Source: Desulfatiglandales bacterium (GTDB taxonomy: Bacteria; Desulfobacterota; DSM-4660; Desulfatiglandales; Desulfatiglandaceae). From it: 64,000 nucleotides of DNA. The translations under genes and the position numbers were made by a program. Of the stretch, positions 49,444 to 59,773 are shown one piece after another. The notes under the pieces are model-generated. The model ran no database searches, was not told the DNA's origin, and saw only the letters and a program-made list of their open reading frames with translations. Within the stretch, counting starts at the first letter, position 1. Each line of letters opens with the position of its first letter. Location of the stretch: NCBI GenBank assembly GCA_963662465.1, contig OY759599.1, positions 1,248,001 to 1,312,000 of the forward strand, read 5' to 3'.

Positions 49444-50187
49444 ATGAACACGCATATTTCAGAAAGCATTATTACCAGAACCTGGGAATTTGGTGAAACC
49501 GACCTTCTGGTCAGCTTTTTTACCGCCGACAGGGGGCGGCTCAAGGGGGTGGCCAAAGGGGCCAGGAAAAGCCGCAGACGCTTTGCCAACTGTCTGGATT
49601 CGTTCTGTTTGACCCGGATGGAATATGAGCGCAGAAGCGGGCGGGATCTCTATTTCCTCCATTCCGGAAAGCTGATTCAGGGATTTCCGGGAGTCCGTTC
49701 TGATTTTTATGCCCTGTCCCTGGCCAGTTACATGGTTGAGCTGGCTGAAACCCTTTTTCCCCCGGGCGTTGCCGACGGGCGCATGTTTAGTTTGCTCAAA
49801 AGTGCATTGATTGCCTTGGCGGGCGACATGAAAAAAGAGGCATTGCGGATCTTCTTTGAAGCCAAGGCCCTGGCCCTTGGCGGTTACAGCATCGATTTTG
49901 ATCGGTGTTGCGACTGCGGCAGGCGGTACGCTGGCGAAGGTCGTGCCGTGTTTAAGCAGCGCAAAGGAGGCATCGCGTGCCTCAAGTGCGAAAAAGAGTC
50001 CGCACGCCTGCCTGGCCTCAGCCCGGATGCGGCCAGAGGACTAAAACAAATTCAGACCGCCCCGATGGATGACCTGGAAAGAACTCCGTTAACGGATGTC
50101 ATGATGGATGAGATGAAAAAGGTACTCAAACTACACCTTCTCTACAGCCTTGGAAAGGAATTGAAAACGGCCCGGTATTTGACGTAA
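49444..50187 (+). CDS. recO: DNA repair protein RecO
   Basis: GETDLLV.FFT...G.LKGVAKGARKS.RRF; zinc-finger CCDC...CLKC. Confidence 0.92.
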   Translation: MNTHISESIITRTWEFGETDLLVSFFTADRGRLKGVAKGARKSRRRFANCLDSFCLTRMEYERRSGRDLYFLHSGKLIQGFPGVRSDFYALSLASYMVELAETLFPPGVADGRMFSLLKSALIALAGDMKKEALRIFFEAKALALGGYSIDFDRCCDCGRRYAGEGRAVFKQRKGGIACLKCEKESARLPGLSPDAARGLKQIQTAPMDDLERTPLTDVMMDEMKKVLKLHLLYSLGKELKTARYLT

Positions 50188-50221
50188 CTTCTAATCAACA
50201 TGATCCATCCTTAAAAGTCGC

Positions 50222-50698
50222 TTACATATCGCGAATGACCCTTAGCATATCCGCGGTGGAAATGATGCCGATGGGCTTTTCTTCACGGGTAACAAACACG
50301 CGATGAATGCGGTTCTTGATCATGGTATCCGCCACCTGTTGCACTGTGTTGTCTTCCCCCACTTTCAGCGTCGTAGATGTCATGATGTCCTGCACAGTTA
50401 CCTGGGGTTCATCACCGAAATGGAGGGCGCCCAGGTCCTGTTGTGAAAATCGGTCTTCAACCGTGTGGATATAGTAATCATGGCGATTGTTGAATTGTAA
50501 ACCCTTTTCCAGCGGGGTTTCATGGCGTATGATGTCGGTGAGTGAAACGACGCCGATCAGCTTGCCGTTTTTCGATGTCACCGGCGCCCCCGATATGGAA
50601 TTTTCAAGCAGAAACTCAGCCAATCCCTGGAGGGATAGTTCAGCGTTTACGGTTAGGACTTCCCGGTTCATGATGTCTTTTGCAGTCAGTTTTTCCAT
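50222..50698 (-). CDS. CBS domain pair protein
   Basis: AKDIM..., ISGAPV...G.LIGVVS..D; VQDIM...IHRVFV...IGIIS..D. Confidence 0.9.
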   Translation of the reverse strand: MEKLTAKDIMNREVLTVNAELSLQGLAEFLLENSISGAPVTSKNGKLIGVVSLTDIIRHETPLEKGLQFNNRHDYYIHTVEDRFSQQDLGALHFGDEPQVTVQDIMTSTTLKVGEDNTVQQVADTMIKNRIHRVFVTREEKPIGIISTADMLRVIRDM

Positions 50699-50836
50699 CG
50701 CTTGACCTCCCGAAAGTGATCAAAAAAGTTTAAGGTCGAAACGTGATGTTCCATGAAACGCCGAAACGAAATCAAAGTCAACAAAAAACCGGTGAAGTTT
50801 TTTATGAGATTTTCCAAAAAAGGCTGTACAGATCTT

Positions 50837-52072
50837 TTATAGGCGATAAACGGTGGGTTTTTCTTTCATGCCGATGTCGATGCCGATACAATCCCCTGTC
50901 CTGAATCCCAGGTTTTTGAATTGGCGGACCACCGTTTCATCTCTGTCTCGATACCAGTATACCGACCAGACGGGATTGCGCACCGTGGCAATACCGTAGG
51001 CGTCGTGGCTGCAGAGGTTAACGCGAAACTCGTCTCTGGAGATTAGCGTATCCGCCTCTGAGAGGAAGTAATCCCTTTTGTAGAGGTTGTTGTAAAGGGC
51101 TTTTGAAAGGGGCGCTTGCAGATCCGGCATTTCATCCAGGTAATGGTTGGCAATCTGATACAGGTCTTCCGGGGCGTCGATGGAAAGTCCCAGAATTGCA
51201 TAACGTTCGTGATTCAGGGCAAAGTTTTCAAATTCAGCCTCATGGGCGGCAATCATCGCAAGCGTGTCCTCGATTTGGGGCTTGGCGTTTTGATTTTCCA
51301 TGAGAATGTTTTCGCACTGATCAATGATGCCCATATAAAATGCCGTGTTATCCATCACGAAGACGGGCCTTTCACGGTAATTTTTTCTTTTTCGGATTCT
51401 TCTGATCCCATCCAGGTTCACGGACCTTTCACTTTCCTTTTTATCCAGGGTTTCAATTTGCGAGATGTCCTTGGCCTGAACCACATGAATTTCACCGTTT
51501 ACGGAAATAATGTATTCGATTTCGCACCTGAAACCCAGACATTCCTGGATGTCCCTGGATCTTTCCAGAAGGCCCGTATCGTGAGGCGTTTTGGTAATAT
51601 AGGGTTGGCTCTCCACCTTGTGGGAACGGTTCCGGCAGTATCCGAACTCCCAGCTGTTCCCCAGCATTTTTGCCATGACGCCGTTTCCGTTAATGAAAGG
51701 CATGACAATAATGCCCATATCCTCCAAGTCCAGATCCGGTGCGTGGTTGAATTTCTGCTGTCTTAAAATGGAAAGCCTGCTGACCGTCTTTCCCATTTTG
51801 ATAATCCGATTCCTGGCGTATTGAATGCCGGCCGGATCAGCATAGGTTTCCAGTGAATCAAAGGTCCCCGGTTTGAAAGCTTCTTCCAGTGGGTGAGCGC
51901 TTCGCGCAATCACTTTGAAGCTTTCCTGATGGCGGGTTAAAAAGGTTTGGAGCTTTTCAAAATTTTTATTTTTGAAATCCTCCGCGGGAACATAGATAAA
52001 ATCAGGAACATTAAACCGACCCTCTTTTAATTTTTCAAGGTGCAACGCTTTTTCCGGCAGAATGGATGCCAT
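50837..52072 (-). CDS. Hypothetical protein with a PEP-synthase/PPDK-like ATP-grasp N-terminal region
   Basis: EKA..L..L....FNVPDF, VIARSA..LE....GTFDS, EIEY......IHVVQA resemble PPDK_N motifs. Confidence 0.5.
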   Translation of the reverse strand: MASILPEKALHLEKLKEGRFNVPDFIYVPAEDFKNKNFEKLQTFLTRHQESFKVIARSAHPLEEAFKPGTFDSLETYADPAGIQYARNRIIKMGKTVSRLSILRQQKFNHAPDLDLEDMGIIVMPFINGNGVMAKMLGNSWEFGYCRNRSHKVESQPYITKTPHDTGLLERSRDIQECLGFRCEIEYIISVNGEIHVVQAKDISQIETLDKKESERSVNLDGIRRIRKRKNYRERPVFVMDNTAFYMGIIDQCENILMENQNAKPQIEDTLAMIAAHEAEFENFALNHERYAILGLSIDAPEDLYQIANHYLDEMPDLQAPLSKALYNNLYKRDYFLSEADTLISRDEFRVNLCSHDAYGIATVRNPVWSVYWYRDRDETVVRQFKNLGFRTGDCIGIDIGMKEKPTVYRL

Positions 52073-52120
52073 ATGCGTTTTTCTCCCGTAGATTACCGGA
52101 ACTTAAAAGAGTCGGTAGCC

Positions 52121-52546
52121 TTACCAGCCCTTTTCAGCGAGGATGTGTCTTATCTTCTCTTCCGCTTTTTTCTGAACCAGAACCATCTTCTTTGTATGGG
52201 CCTTCTTAATTTTCTCAGTGAGAACCTTCAGATCAGCCGGTTTTTCAAGGAGATCCGTCGCTCCCAGTTTCATGGCTTCCACGCCTTTTTGTACCGTGGC
52301 GTGTCCCGTGAGGAGGATCACCTGTAAGTCCGGATTTTTTTCCTTGAGTTTCTTGAGGGTTTCAAGTCCGTCCATTTCAGGCATCATAAGATCCAGAATG
52401 ATGGCGTCATAACTCTCTTCCTGCGCTTTTTTCAGAGCGTCTTGCGGAGAAGTGGTGGTGGTTACATTCATGTCCCTTGCTTCCATTCGCTCCGCCATGA
52501 CCTCCAGAAATTCTTTTTCGTCATCAACGAGCAACACTTTTTCCAT
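52121..52546 (-). CDS. Response regulator (receiver only)
   Basis: LLVDDE, ILDLMMPEMDG, LLTGH, EKP. Confidence 0.92.
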   Translation of the reverse strand: MEKVLLVDDEKEFLEVMAERMEARDMNVTTTTSPQDALKKAQEESYDAIILDLMMPEMDGLETLKKLKEKNPDLQVILLTGHATVQKGVEAMKLGATDLLEKPADLKVLTEKIKKAHTKKMVLVQKKAEEKIRHILAEKGW

Positions 52547-52609
52547 TTTGTCTCCTTTCTAACTGGTTGAATGGGATGTTTTTTTGCCTGTCAACAGCTG
52601 TGTTTGCCG

Positions 52610-53290
52610 TCATATGTTCCGAGGCGAACGTATGTCCTTTGGCAAAACAAGATTAATTTCGCCGGCCTCCGGATCCTGATGGATCATTGCGCCTAGAATT
52701 CGAAGCAAGGCATCTTCTTTTTCCGTTGGAAATGCGCTCACAGGCAAGTTTTTGAGCGCTTCCAGTCCGGTAAAGCTGATTTTTGCCGATCCCGGGCCTG
52801 TTTCAAAGGTGAGGCCCACGGCTTTTCTTTCTCCTGACGTTTCCATGGCAACATCCAGGATCTGCCAGATGAGATTTTGAAGATGGAACGGGGATGTAAT
52901 GACCGTCACGAGGTCGGACGGTATGCTCAGGTCCAGGGTTATGCTTCGCATATCCGCCAGTCTTGTAGAAAGTCCCACCGCCAGTTCCAGGGCTTCCCCG
53001 ATATCGACGTTTTTTTCGAAATCGTCTACGCTATGGGCCAGACTGTTCATGTTTTTTACGATTTCATCGGCTCGCCGGACCTGTCTGGCAACGCGCTGTG
53101 CAATAATATTGAGCTTTTCGGCGTTGACCGGCAACCCTTTCTCCGCCATCAGGGTATAGTCTTCCAGGAGACCCGCACTCTCATTGACAATGGCCATAAC
53201 GTTCTTGATTTCGTGCGAAATGGAGGCCGTCATCTTTCCGAAGAAGCGAAGTTCGGTTGCCATTTCCATATCCGGGCGTTCAGTCATCAT
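52610..53290 (-). CDS. Histidine kinase-like protein (HisKA with a degenerate ATPase domain)
   Basis: SISHEIKN H-box; canonical N/G1/G2 boxes not evident. Confidence 0.7.
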   Translation of the reverse strand: MMTERPDMEMATELRFFGKMTASISHEIKNVMAIVNESAGLLEDYTLMAEKGLPVNAEKLNIIAQRVARQVRRADEIVKNMNSLAHSVDDFEKNVDIGEALELAVGLSTRLADMRSITLDLSIPSDLVTVITSPFHLQNLIWQILDVAMETSGERKAVGLTFETGPGSAKISFTGLEALKNLPVSAFPTEKEDALLRILGAMIHQDPEAGEINLVLPKDIRSPRNI

Positions 53291-53299
53291 CGATCCTTT

Positions 53300-53659
53300 T
53301 TATGGGTTCGTCAGCTCATTCATTTTATGGATAAGGTCATCAATATTAACGGGTTTCAATAGATAGTAGTCTACACCGGTTTCCGCGGATCCCGCGGTAA
53401 AATCATCATGTGAACCGTGTCCGGTCATGAATATGAATTTTAAACCCGGACATTTTTCCTTCATCTTTTTATGTAGGTCGATGCCGCTGATGCCCGGAAT
53501 CTTTACATCCAGAACAGCCAGATCGAAATTTTCGTGCTCTATGAGTTCCAGGGCGCCGTCGCCGGTTGTTACCCAACGCGCTTCGATCCCCCTGATCTTC
53601 AACCGTTCCGCCAGTGTCTCCACCAGTTCCTGCTCATCATCCACTAAGAGTACGCGCAC
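53300..53659 (-). CDS. Response regulator (receiver only)
   Basis: LLVDDE, VLDVKIPG, MTGH, LKP. Confidence 0.9.
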   Translation of the reverse strand: MRVLLVDDEQELVETLAERLKIRGIEARWVTTGDGALELIEHENFDLAVLDVKIPGISGIDLHKKMKEKCPGLKFIFMTGHGSHDDFTAGSAETGVDYYLLKPVNIDDLIHKMNELTNP

Positions 53660-55401
53660 GAGTTCTCGATCTCCTTTCCCGCAATGGCGAGGGGTAACGT
53701 AATGGTGAAAACCGTTCCCCCGTTCTGCTCACTTTTGACGTCAATGGTTCCCTCTAACTGTTCTATGAGACCATAGGTAATGGAAAGTCCGAGGCCGGTC
53801 CCGCCCTTTCCCGTCTTTGTGGAAAAAAAAGGCTCAAAAACACGCTTGAGGTCCTTTTCCGAAATGCCGCATCCATCATCGGAGATTGTCAGTGCAATCC
53901 TGTTGTCCCCCGTCATGGCGGCGGTTACTTGAAGATGCCCGTTGTTTTCCATGGCGGCAAAAGCGTTGTTGATGATGTTCAAAATAATCTGTTGCAGCTT
54001 GCCTGCATCCGTATTGATGTCGGGGATGTCATCGGCAACATCAATGGAGACCCTGATGGTCCGATATTCAGCTTCCTTGTTCAGAAACCCAAGGACTTCT
54101 CGAACGATATCCCCAACATTTACGGTCTGAATGCTGACATCCATATGACGGGCAAAGCCCAGCAATCGTTTGGTGATTCTGCCGCACCTGGCCACGGAAG
54201 TAATGATGGAATCCAGCAAATTATTGAACATTTCGTTTTTTGCAGGCTCTTTTTTAAGGAGCAAGAGATCCTTCATTAATCCCGCCTTCTCGTTGATAAT
54301 GGCCAGCGGATTGTTGATTTCGTGGGCCACGCCGGCGGCTAACCGACCGATGGAAGCCATTTTGTTAGCATATTCAATTTGATGAAGACTGACAATCAAT
54401 TTCTGGTCCGACTGGTATATTCTGTTGACCAGGTAGGTGGCCCCCCAGAGAATAACGAACAAAATGAAAGCCACGCTGATGATCAGAAATCCGATGAGTT
54501 CCTTCCGGGTATTGTCCCAGGATTTCAAGAGTTCCGTTTTCTGTTTGACTACCATCAGAATAAAGGGCGTATTCGTAATATACCGGTACCCGATCACAAG
54601 GGGAATGCCCTTTTCCGTGTCCCACTTGAATACCCTTGTTTCCGGTGCAAAATCGGGTATGGGCAATGAAATATGTTCCAGGACCTTGCCGTGGGAACGG
54701 GTTGGCGTTTGCAGAATCCCTTCGTGATTGATGATAAAGGCATCCCCCTGACCGGCCATTTCAAGCTGCGCCAGAAGATCTATGAATTTCTCCGTGTCAA
54801 GGGTTGCTCTGAGAACCCGGAAGGAACCGTTTTCCGCCGGGCCTTTTACCGCAATGACAATATGCGGAACCTGGCGAAAGCCCCTTAATACATCGCTTAT
54901 GAACTCTCCATGTTTGGCGACCTGCCTGAACCACTCCTGCTCACTGTAATCCTTTCCCGTCAGGTGGTAGGGGCCCGCGTATACGCCCTGAATTCCCTGA
55001 TGGTCAATACAGCCCAAATCCACAAAACCGCCAAAGCTCTTTTTTAGATTTTCAAGCACCTGGCCCAGCCGTTCCGGATTTCCATCCATCTGGAAGTTAT
55101 TGTCATGGACAACAAAATTAAGGGCGGACTTTCGTTCATCGAAAAAGTAGGATATGGTCCTGCGGACGTTGGATACAAGCCTTGACGTCGTGAGTAGAAT
55201 TTCGGATTCCACCTCGTGGCGCGTCGCCCTGTAATCCATGACCGCCATGAATATGAGGGGGGCCAGGACAACCGCCGAGGTCAGACAAACCGCCGCATAC
55301 CAGGTGCGTCGAAAGTCAAATTGAGCCCTGTAGGGACCGGCATCGGCATCATGATGATCCCAGAATTGCGGTTTTATCTTTTTCCAGATGTTCATATCCA
55401 A
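53644..55401 (-). CDS. Membrane sensor histidine kinase (Cache-like periplasmic domain)
   Basis: Two TM segments, AGVAHEINNPL, NIINNA, DDGCG, FEPFFSTK, GTGLGL. Confidence 0.93.
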   Translation of the reverse strand: MDMNIWKKIKPQFWDHHDADAGPYRAQFDFRRTWYAAVCLTSAVVLAPLIFMAVMDYRATRHEVESEILLTTSRLVSNVRRTISYFFDERKSALNFVVHDNNFQMDGNPERLGQVLENLKKSFGGFVDLGCIDHQGIQGVYAGPYHLTGKDYSEQEWFRQVAKHGEFISDVLRGFRQVPHIVIAVKGPAENGSFRVLRATLDTEKFIDLLAQLEMAGQGDAFIINHEGILQTPTRSHGKVLEHISLPIPDFAPETRVFKWDTEKGIPLVIGYRYITNTPFILMVVKQKTELLKSWDNTRKELIGFLIISVAFILFVILWGATYLVNRIYQSDQKLIVSLHQIEYANKMASIGRLAAGVAHEINNPLAIINEKAGLMKDLLLLKKEPAKNEMFNNLLDSIITSVARCGRITKRLLGFARHMDVSIQTVNVGDIVREVLGFLNKEAEYRTIRVSIDVADDIPDINTDAGKLQQIILNIINNAFAAMENNGHLQVTAAMTGDNRIALTISDDGCGISEKDLKRVFEPFFSTKTGKGGTGLGLSITYGLIEQLEGTIDVKSEQNGGTVFTITLPLAIAGKEIENSCAYS

Positions 55402-55418
55402 ATTTTCCGGATTTCCCG

Positions 55419-56648
55419 TTATTCCCCTGCTTCGGTTTTTTGTTTTCTGATCTTGTCATTAGCCTTTTTCAGGGTATCCGTCAAGACTGCAATGTCCACC
55501 GGTTTATGGAGGTAGGCGAAGGCGCCGAGTTCCATGCACACCTTCCGATCGTCTTCGGATCCATGGCCCGTAAGGATAATCACCTCTATGTCGGGACGGG
55601 TCTTTTTGACGCGTCTCAGTACCTCGATGCCGTCGATGCCGGGCATTTTGAGGTCCAGTATCATGACTTCAGGCTCATCGTCGTTCACCATTTTGAGCGC
55701 CGATTCCCCGTCATAGGCGACGGCGGAACCCATATCGCGCATGAGCAGCCTTTCGGAAAGGGTTTGAACGAACTCCCTTTCATCATCCACCAGAAGCACT
55801 TTTGAAGGCGCCTGAAAATCAAATTTGCGGTATATGTCCGACTGGTGGAAGTCTTTCCCTACCCGTGTGTCTACGGACCGGACCCCCGTGACCCTGGCCG
55901 CAATGGATTTCAGTTCATCCTCCAGCCGGCTCAGCATGAGGACATGTTTATTGATGGTAATGGTCACTTTCCCGTCCACGGCATCCACGACCGTATCATG
56001 GCCTTCTCTCGCCAGGGCCACGCTCACTGAGGCTGCCAGCAGAAAGTCCCGCACGGCTTTTTCGGACGCATCCGTGGGTTGAAGCAGGTCTTTTTTCAGA
56101 TACGCGTCGATGGTGGAAACGGCCTTTTCAACATCCGTTTTATCCGTGGGAATAACCATGTCGTAGAGGGAAGCGTCCCAGGGGTCTTTCGTTGCCAGAT
56201 GCGAGTTCACCCATACGGCGCAGTCTCCATCCTGTTTATGAAGCATCGCGATTGCTTCTTTTTCAGACTGGTTCATCTCCTTCATGGCCGCGGCCTTCCT
56301 GAATTTCATATCGGCGATCAGGCAGACCCTGAGGACATGGGTGATTTTTCTGGGAACCAGCTGGCTTGAAAATCCGAAGATGGTAACGTTGCCTTCCAGA
56401 AGCGTCTGCGCAACCGCCAGTTTCAGGTCGGCGATTGAGCGCTCCTTTTCGTGGGTGAAATTGTTGAATACTGACGTTTTAGCGGAAAAGGCGCGTTCGA
56501 TTTTGCTTGTCGAAACGCCGGAAAGAGCGCTCGCTTTTTTGATGATGTCCTTATCCAAAACGATCTCGTAGCCTATCCGTTTTTGAAGTTCCCGAAGGAC
56601 GGGTTCTTCCCTGCAAAATGTACCGCTGAAAATACCGATAACGGACAT
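55419..56648 (-). CDS. Cytidylate-kinase-like plus receiver domain protein
   Basis: N-terminal CMP-kinase-like fold (LRVCLIAD...YDMVI.TD), C-terminal receiver (LLVDDE, LDLKMPG, LTGH, HKP). Confidence 0.8.
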   Translation of the reverse strand: MSVIGIFSGTFCREEPVLRELQKRIGYEIVLDKDIIKKASALSGVSTSKIERAFSAKTSVFNNFTHEKERSIADLKLAVAQTLLEGNVTIFGFSSQLVPRKITHVLRVCLIADMKFRKAAAMKEMNQSEKEAIAMLHKQDGDCAVWVNSHLATKDPWDASLYDMVIPTDKTDVEKAVSTIDAYLKKDLLQPTDASEKAVRDFLLAASVSVALAREGHDTVVDAVDGKVTITINKHVLMLSRLEDELKSIAARVTGVRSVDTRVGKDFHQSDIYRKFDFQAPSKVLLVDDEREFVQTLSERLLMRDMGSAVAYDGESALKMVNDDEPEVMILDLKMPGIDGIEVLRRVKKTRPDIEVIILTGHGSEDDRKVCMELGAFAYLHKPVDIAVLTDTLKKANDKIRKQKTEAGE

Positions 56649-56698
56649 GTCCTAACTCCTTATTTTAACATTGGTTGACGAGGCGCCGTTTTAAAGGT

Positions 56699-58822
56699 TT
56701 AAAGATGGCACGCTGTTAACAACGGGCAGATCTCTTCTTTGCCATCTCGGTGCGTTTCCTCATAAACGGATTGAACCGCTTTTTCCATGGTTGAATAAAT
56801 ATGGTCCTCTCTTATTTTTTCCAGGAAATGGGTTCGCTTGAGTACTTTCATCACGGTTTCGTTTACCCCGCTGAGGGAAATATCAAGCCCGGCGCTCCGG
56901 ATTCGATCCACGAGTAAAGATAGCGTTTCTTCTCCCGAAGCGTCAATATCATTTATGCCGTTGGATACCAGAATAATATGTTTCAGCGTTTTCTTTTTCA
57001 GCATGACGTCCGCGACCTGATCTTCAAGGTAACTGGAGTTTGCAAAAAACAGCGTTCCGTCAAAGCGGAGCATGGCAATGTATTCGCACTCTTTCAGTCC
57101 ATGGTCGGTTGCGCATCTCAGGGCCTGATTCGCATCCCGACTCAAAAAAGCCATTTTCGGCCGCATGCTTTTATAAAGGAATACGATCAGGGAAAGTACA
57201 ACGCCGATCATGATGCCCCGGTCCAGGTGAGGTGCAAAGACAAGCGTACTGATGAAAGCAATAATCGCAATGGCCCCGTCATACCACTGGGCCTCCCATG
57301 CATGGACGAAACCCGAAACGTTGATCAGCCCAATCACGGCCATCATGATGACGGCGGCCAGAACGGACTGGGGCAGATGGTAAAGCAGCGGCGTGAAAAA
57401 AAGCAGGGCGATGACCACCGTTAAACTGGTGAACACGCTGGACAAACCGGATATGGCGCCGCTTTGGAGATTTACCGCGGATCTTGAAAAGGATCCTGAG
57501 GTGGGGTAGCTTTTTCCCATGGCCCCTAAAATGTTGCCCAGGCCCTGTCCGATCAGCTCCTGGTTGGGATCCAGCCGTTGTCCCGTTTTGGCGGCCATGG
57601 CCTTGGCGATGCTGATGGCCTCCATGAAACCCAGAAGCGAGATGATGGCCGCATAGGGCAGCAGATGAAGAATGATCCCCATATCCACCTTAGGCATGCT
57701 TAGCGTGGGAAGCCCTTTTGGGACCACGCCCACCACCATGCCGCCGCCGATCATGAGCAGTTGATCCGTTTCCAGGGCTTTGTTCCCTACTTTTATCCGC
57801 CAGGTGCGGCCATCTCCCTTCGCTCCCTGGGGAAGCTCGCCCCTCAAATAGAATTTGAGTGAACCGTCTGCCTGTTGCGCGCCTTCAAACAGCATATTTC
57901 GAATGGCGAGGCGAACATTGTGGACCTCATGATGAATTTTTGCCATGTTGATGGTGAGGACATTGATTTCATGTTCCGCGTTCATGACCCCGATGATGTC
58001 CTGATTTTTGTTGGCCGCATCCAAGGCTTTTCCCACTTCAGCCCTGTTTTCCGCAAGAGACGGAATAATGCCGACCAATCGATCAAATTCTTCCACCATA
58101 GTCCTGACTTCAGGGGGTTGAATGGTTGAAATATCAACGGTTTTGTTGTGCTGAAAGCCGGTCAGCCAGGATATCAACGTGGTGATTACCACCGCAACCA
58201 GAACATTGGGTATTTTCGGGGATATTCGGCGCAAACCATACATGATGCCAAACGCCAATGCTCCCATGGCAAGCGTGGGCCAGTGGGTATAGTGCCAGGC
58301 GGACTGAATGACGCGCATAATCGTCTCGTAATGGTGCGTTGCCTTGTCCACATAGACCCCGAACATCTTTGAAAGCTGAGACGATGCGATAATAATGGCT
58401 GCGGCATTGGTGAACCCGTTCACCACCGGATGGGACAAAAAATTGACCACCAGTCCCAGCTTCAGGACGCCCAACGCAAATTGGAAAGCGCCTACTGACA
58501 GCGCCAGAAGAATCGCATAGGCGATATAGCCCGGGCTTCCCGCGATTGCAAGGGGTTCAAGGGATGCTGACGTCATAAGGGATACCACAGCCACGGGTCC
58601 CGTGGCCAGTTGGCGGCTCGATCCGAACAGGGCCGCAACCATGGGAGGCAGAAATGAGGCATACAGACCATAGTAGGGCGGCAGCCCCGCCAGTTGCGCG
58701 TAGGCCATGGATTGGGGAATCAGAACAAGGGCAACGGTAATGCCTGAGATAAAATCGGTTCTCAAGCTTGGCAAATCGTACCCTTTAAACCAGGCCATAA
58801 ATGGGAAAAATCTGGTTATCAT
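56699..58822 (-). CDS. SulP family anion transporter with STAS domain
   Basis: GITVALVLIPQSMAYA.LAG, FGSSRQLATGP, NQELIGQG, GSFSRSAVN, RFDG.LFFAN. Confidence 0.95.
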   Translation of the reverse strand: MITRFFPFMAWFKGYDLPSLRTDFISGITVALVLIPQSMAYAQLAGLPPYYGLYASFLPPMVAALFGSSRQLATGPVAVVSLMTSASLEPLAIAGSPGYIAYAILLALSVGAFQFALGVLKLGLVVNFLSHPVVNGFTNAAAIIIASSQLSKMFGVYVDKATHHYETIMRVIQSAWHYTHWPTLAMGALAFGIMYGLRRISPKIPNVLVAVVITTLISWLTGFQHNKTVDISTIQPPEVRTMVEEFDRLVGIIPSLAENRAEVGKALDAANKNQDIIGVMNAEHEINVLTINMAKIHHEVHNVRLAIRNMLFEGAQQADGSLKFYLRGELPQGAKGDGRTWRIKVGNKALETDQLLMIGGGMVVGVVPKGLPTLSMPKVDMGIILHLLPYAAIISLLGFMEAISIAKAMAAKTGQRLDPNQELIGQGLGNILGAMGKSYPTSGSFSRSAVNLQSGAISGLSSVFTSLTVVIALLFFTPLLYHLPQSVLAAVIMMAVIGLINVSGFVHAWEAQWYDGAIAIIAFISTLVFAPHLDRGIMIGVVLSLIVFLYKSMRPKMAFLSRDANQALRCATDHGLKECEYIAMLRFDGTLFFANSSYLEDQVADVMLKKKTLKHIILVSNGINDIDASGEETLSLLVDRIRSAGLDISLSGVNETVMKVLKRTHFLEKIREDHIYSTMEKAVQSVYEETHRDGKEEICPLLTACHL

Positions 58823-58859
58823 GCGTTTGGCTCCATATTGTTGAAGTTATATGTTAACA

Positions 58860-59441
58860 TTAACTATTTGTAAGCATTCTTTTGCAAGCGGCTATTAGCT
58901 CACTGGACAGCGCGCCTGCGTTGTAAAGATTATAGCTGTTAAAGCGAACCAGACCATCCGTTAACGTAAAAAGGATCAGTGCGGTTTTTCTGGCCGGCAT
59001 GGCGCCGATGGAACCATCTTCCTGTCCCAGATTGACAGCTCTTTCAAAGATATCCACGAGCCCGTTATAGGTATCTTCAAGATATTCCCGGCAGACCGGA
59101 TTTACTTCGGCCAGTTCATAGGCGTCATGCCGATGGAGCAGCATGAAGAGATCGGGGCTGTGGCCTGCCATGTAGAGATAAAAGGAGGCGACATCCAGAA
59201 CCATTTCAAGTCCCGTTTTAAATTCTTTTTTAGCGGTATATTCATCAAATTCGTTGATGATTTTCAATTTGACCGTTTCCAGAACGGCCAGAAAAAGTGT
59301 TTCTTTGTTTTTAAAATGATAGAAGATGGTCCCTTCCGCGGCCCCCGTCATTTTGGATAACTCGGCCATGGATGCATCCTTGAAGCCTTTTTTGGCAAAA
59401 AGCCATGTGGCAGCTTGGAGGATGGACTCTTTTTTGGACAT
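58860..59441 (-). CDS. TetR/AcrR family transcriptional regulator
   Basis: ILQAA..LFA.KGF..ASM.EL....G...GTIFYHFKNKE.LF. Confidence 0.93.
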   Translation of the reverse strand: MSKKESILQAATWLFAKKGFKDASMAELSKMTGAAEGTIFYHFKNKETLFLAVLETVKLKIINEFDEYTAKKEFKTGLEMVLDVASFYLYMAGHSPDLFMLLHRHDAYELAEVNPVCREYLEDTYNGLVDIFERAVNLGQEDGSIGAMPARKTALILFTLTDGLVRFNSYNLYNAGALSSELIAACKRMLTNS

Positions 59442-59467
59442 ATTCGTAACCCCTGCATTTCTACTTC

Positions 59468-59497
59468 GAAAACCAATTGAGCGCTCAGTCGGTTTTC
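59468..59497. promoter_or_regulatory. Palindromic operator, probably bound by the TetR protein
   Basis: GAAAACCAATTGAGC|GCTCAGTCGGTTTTC; 13/15 positions symmetric, 27 bp upstream of the tetR start. Confidence 0.65.
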
Positions 59498-59773
59498 AAC
59501 TTAATTAAGTTTTTTGCTGAGGTCAAGAAAAAAAGTCTCGTGGGCTGCCGGTAACGCGGAAAAATCTGGGTAGATTTCAAATCAAGGTGTTTGTATGATA
59601 AATAGGTTGTTATTCTGGCAATGTGGGTAGTTCTGGTGTCTTTAATTCCTTTTGTTCCCATGCGCCGGTGTGGGAATACATCCCCTATGGGTTCCCCGGC
59701 GAGCATGGGAATCAGGTTAACAATCTGAGTTGTTGCTCAGTATATTTCCGGTCAAACAGCGCAAATGCGCATA

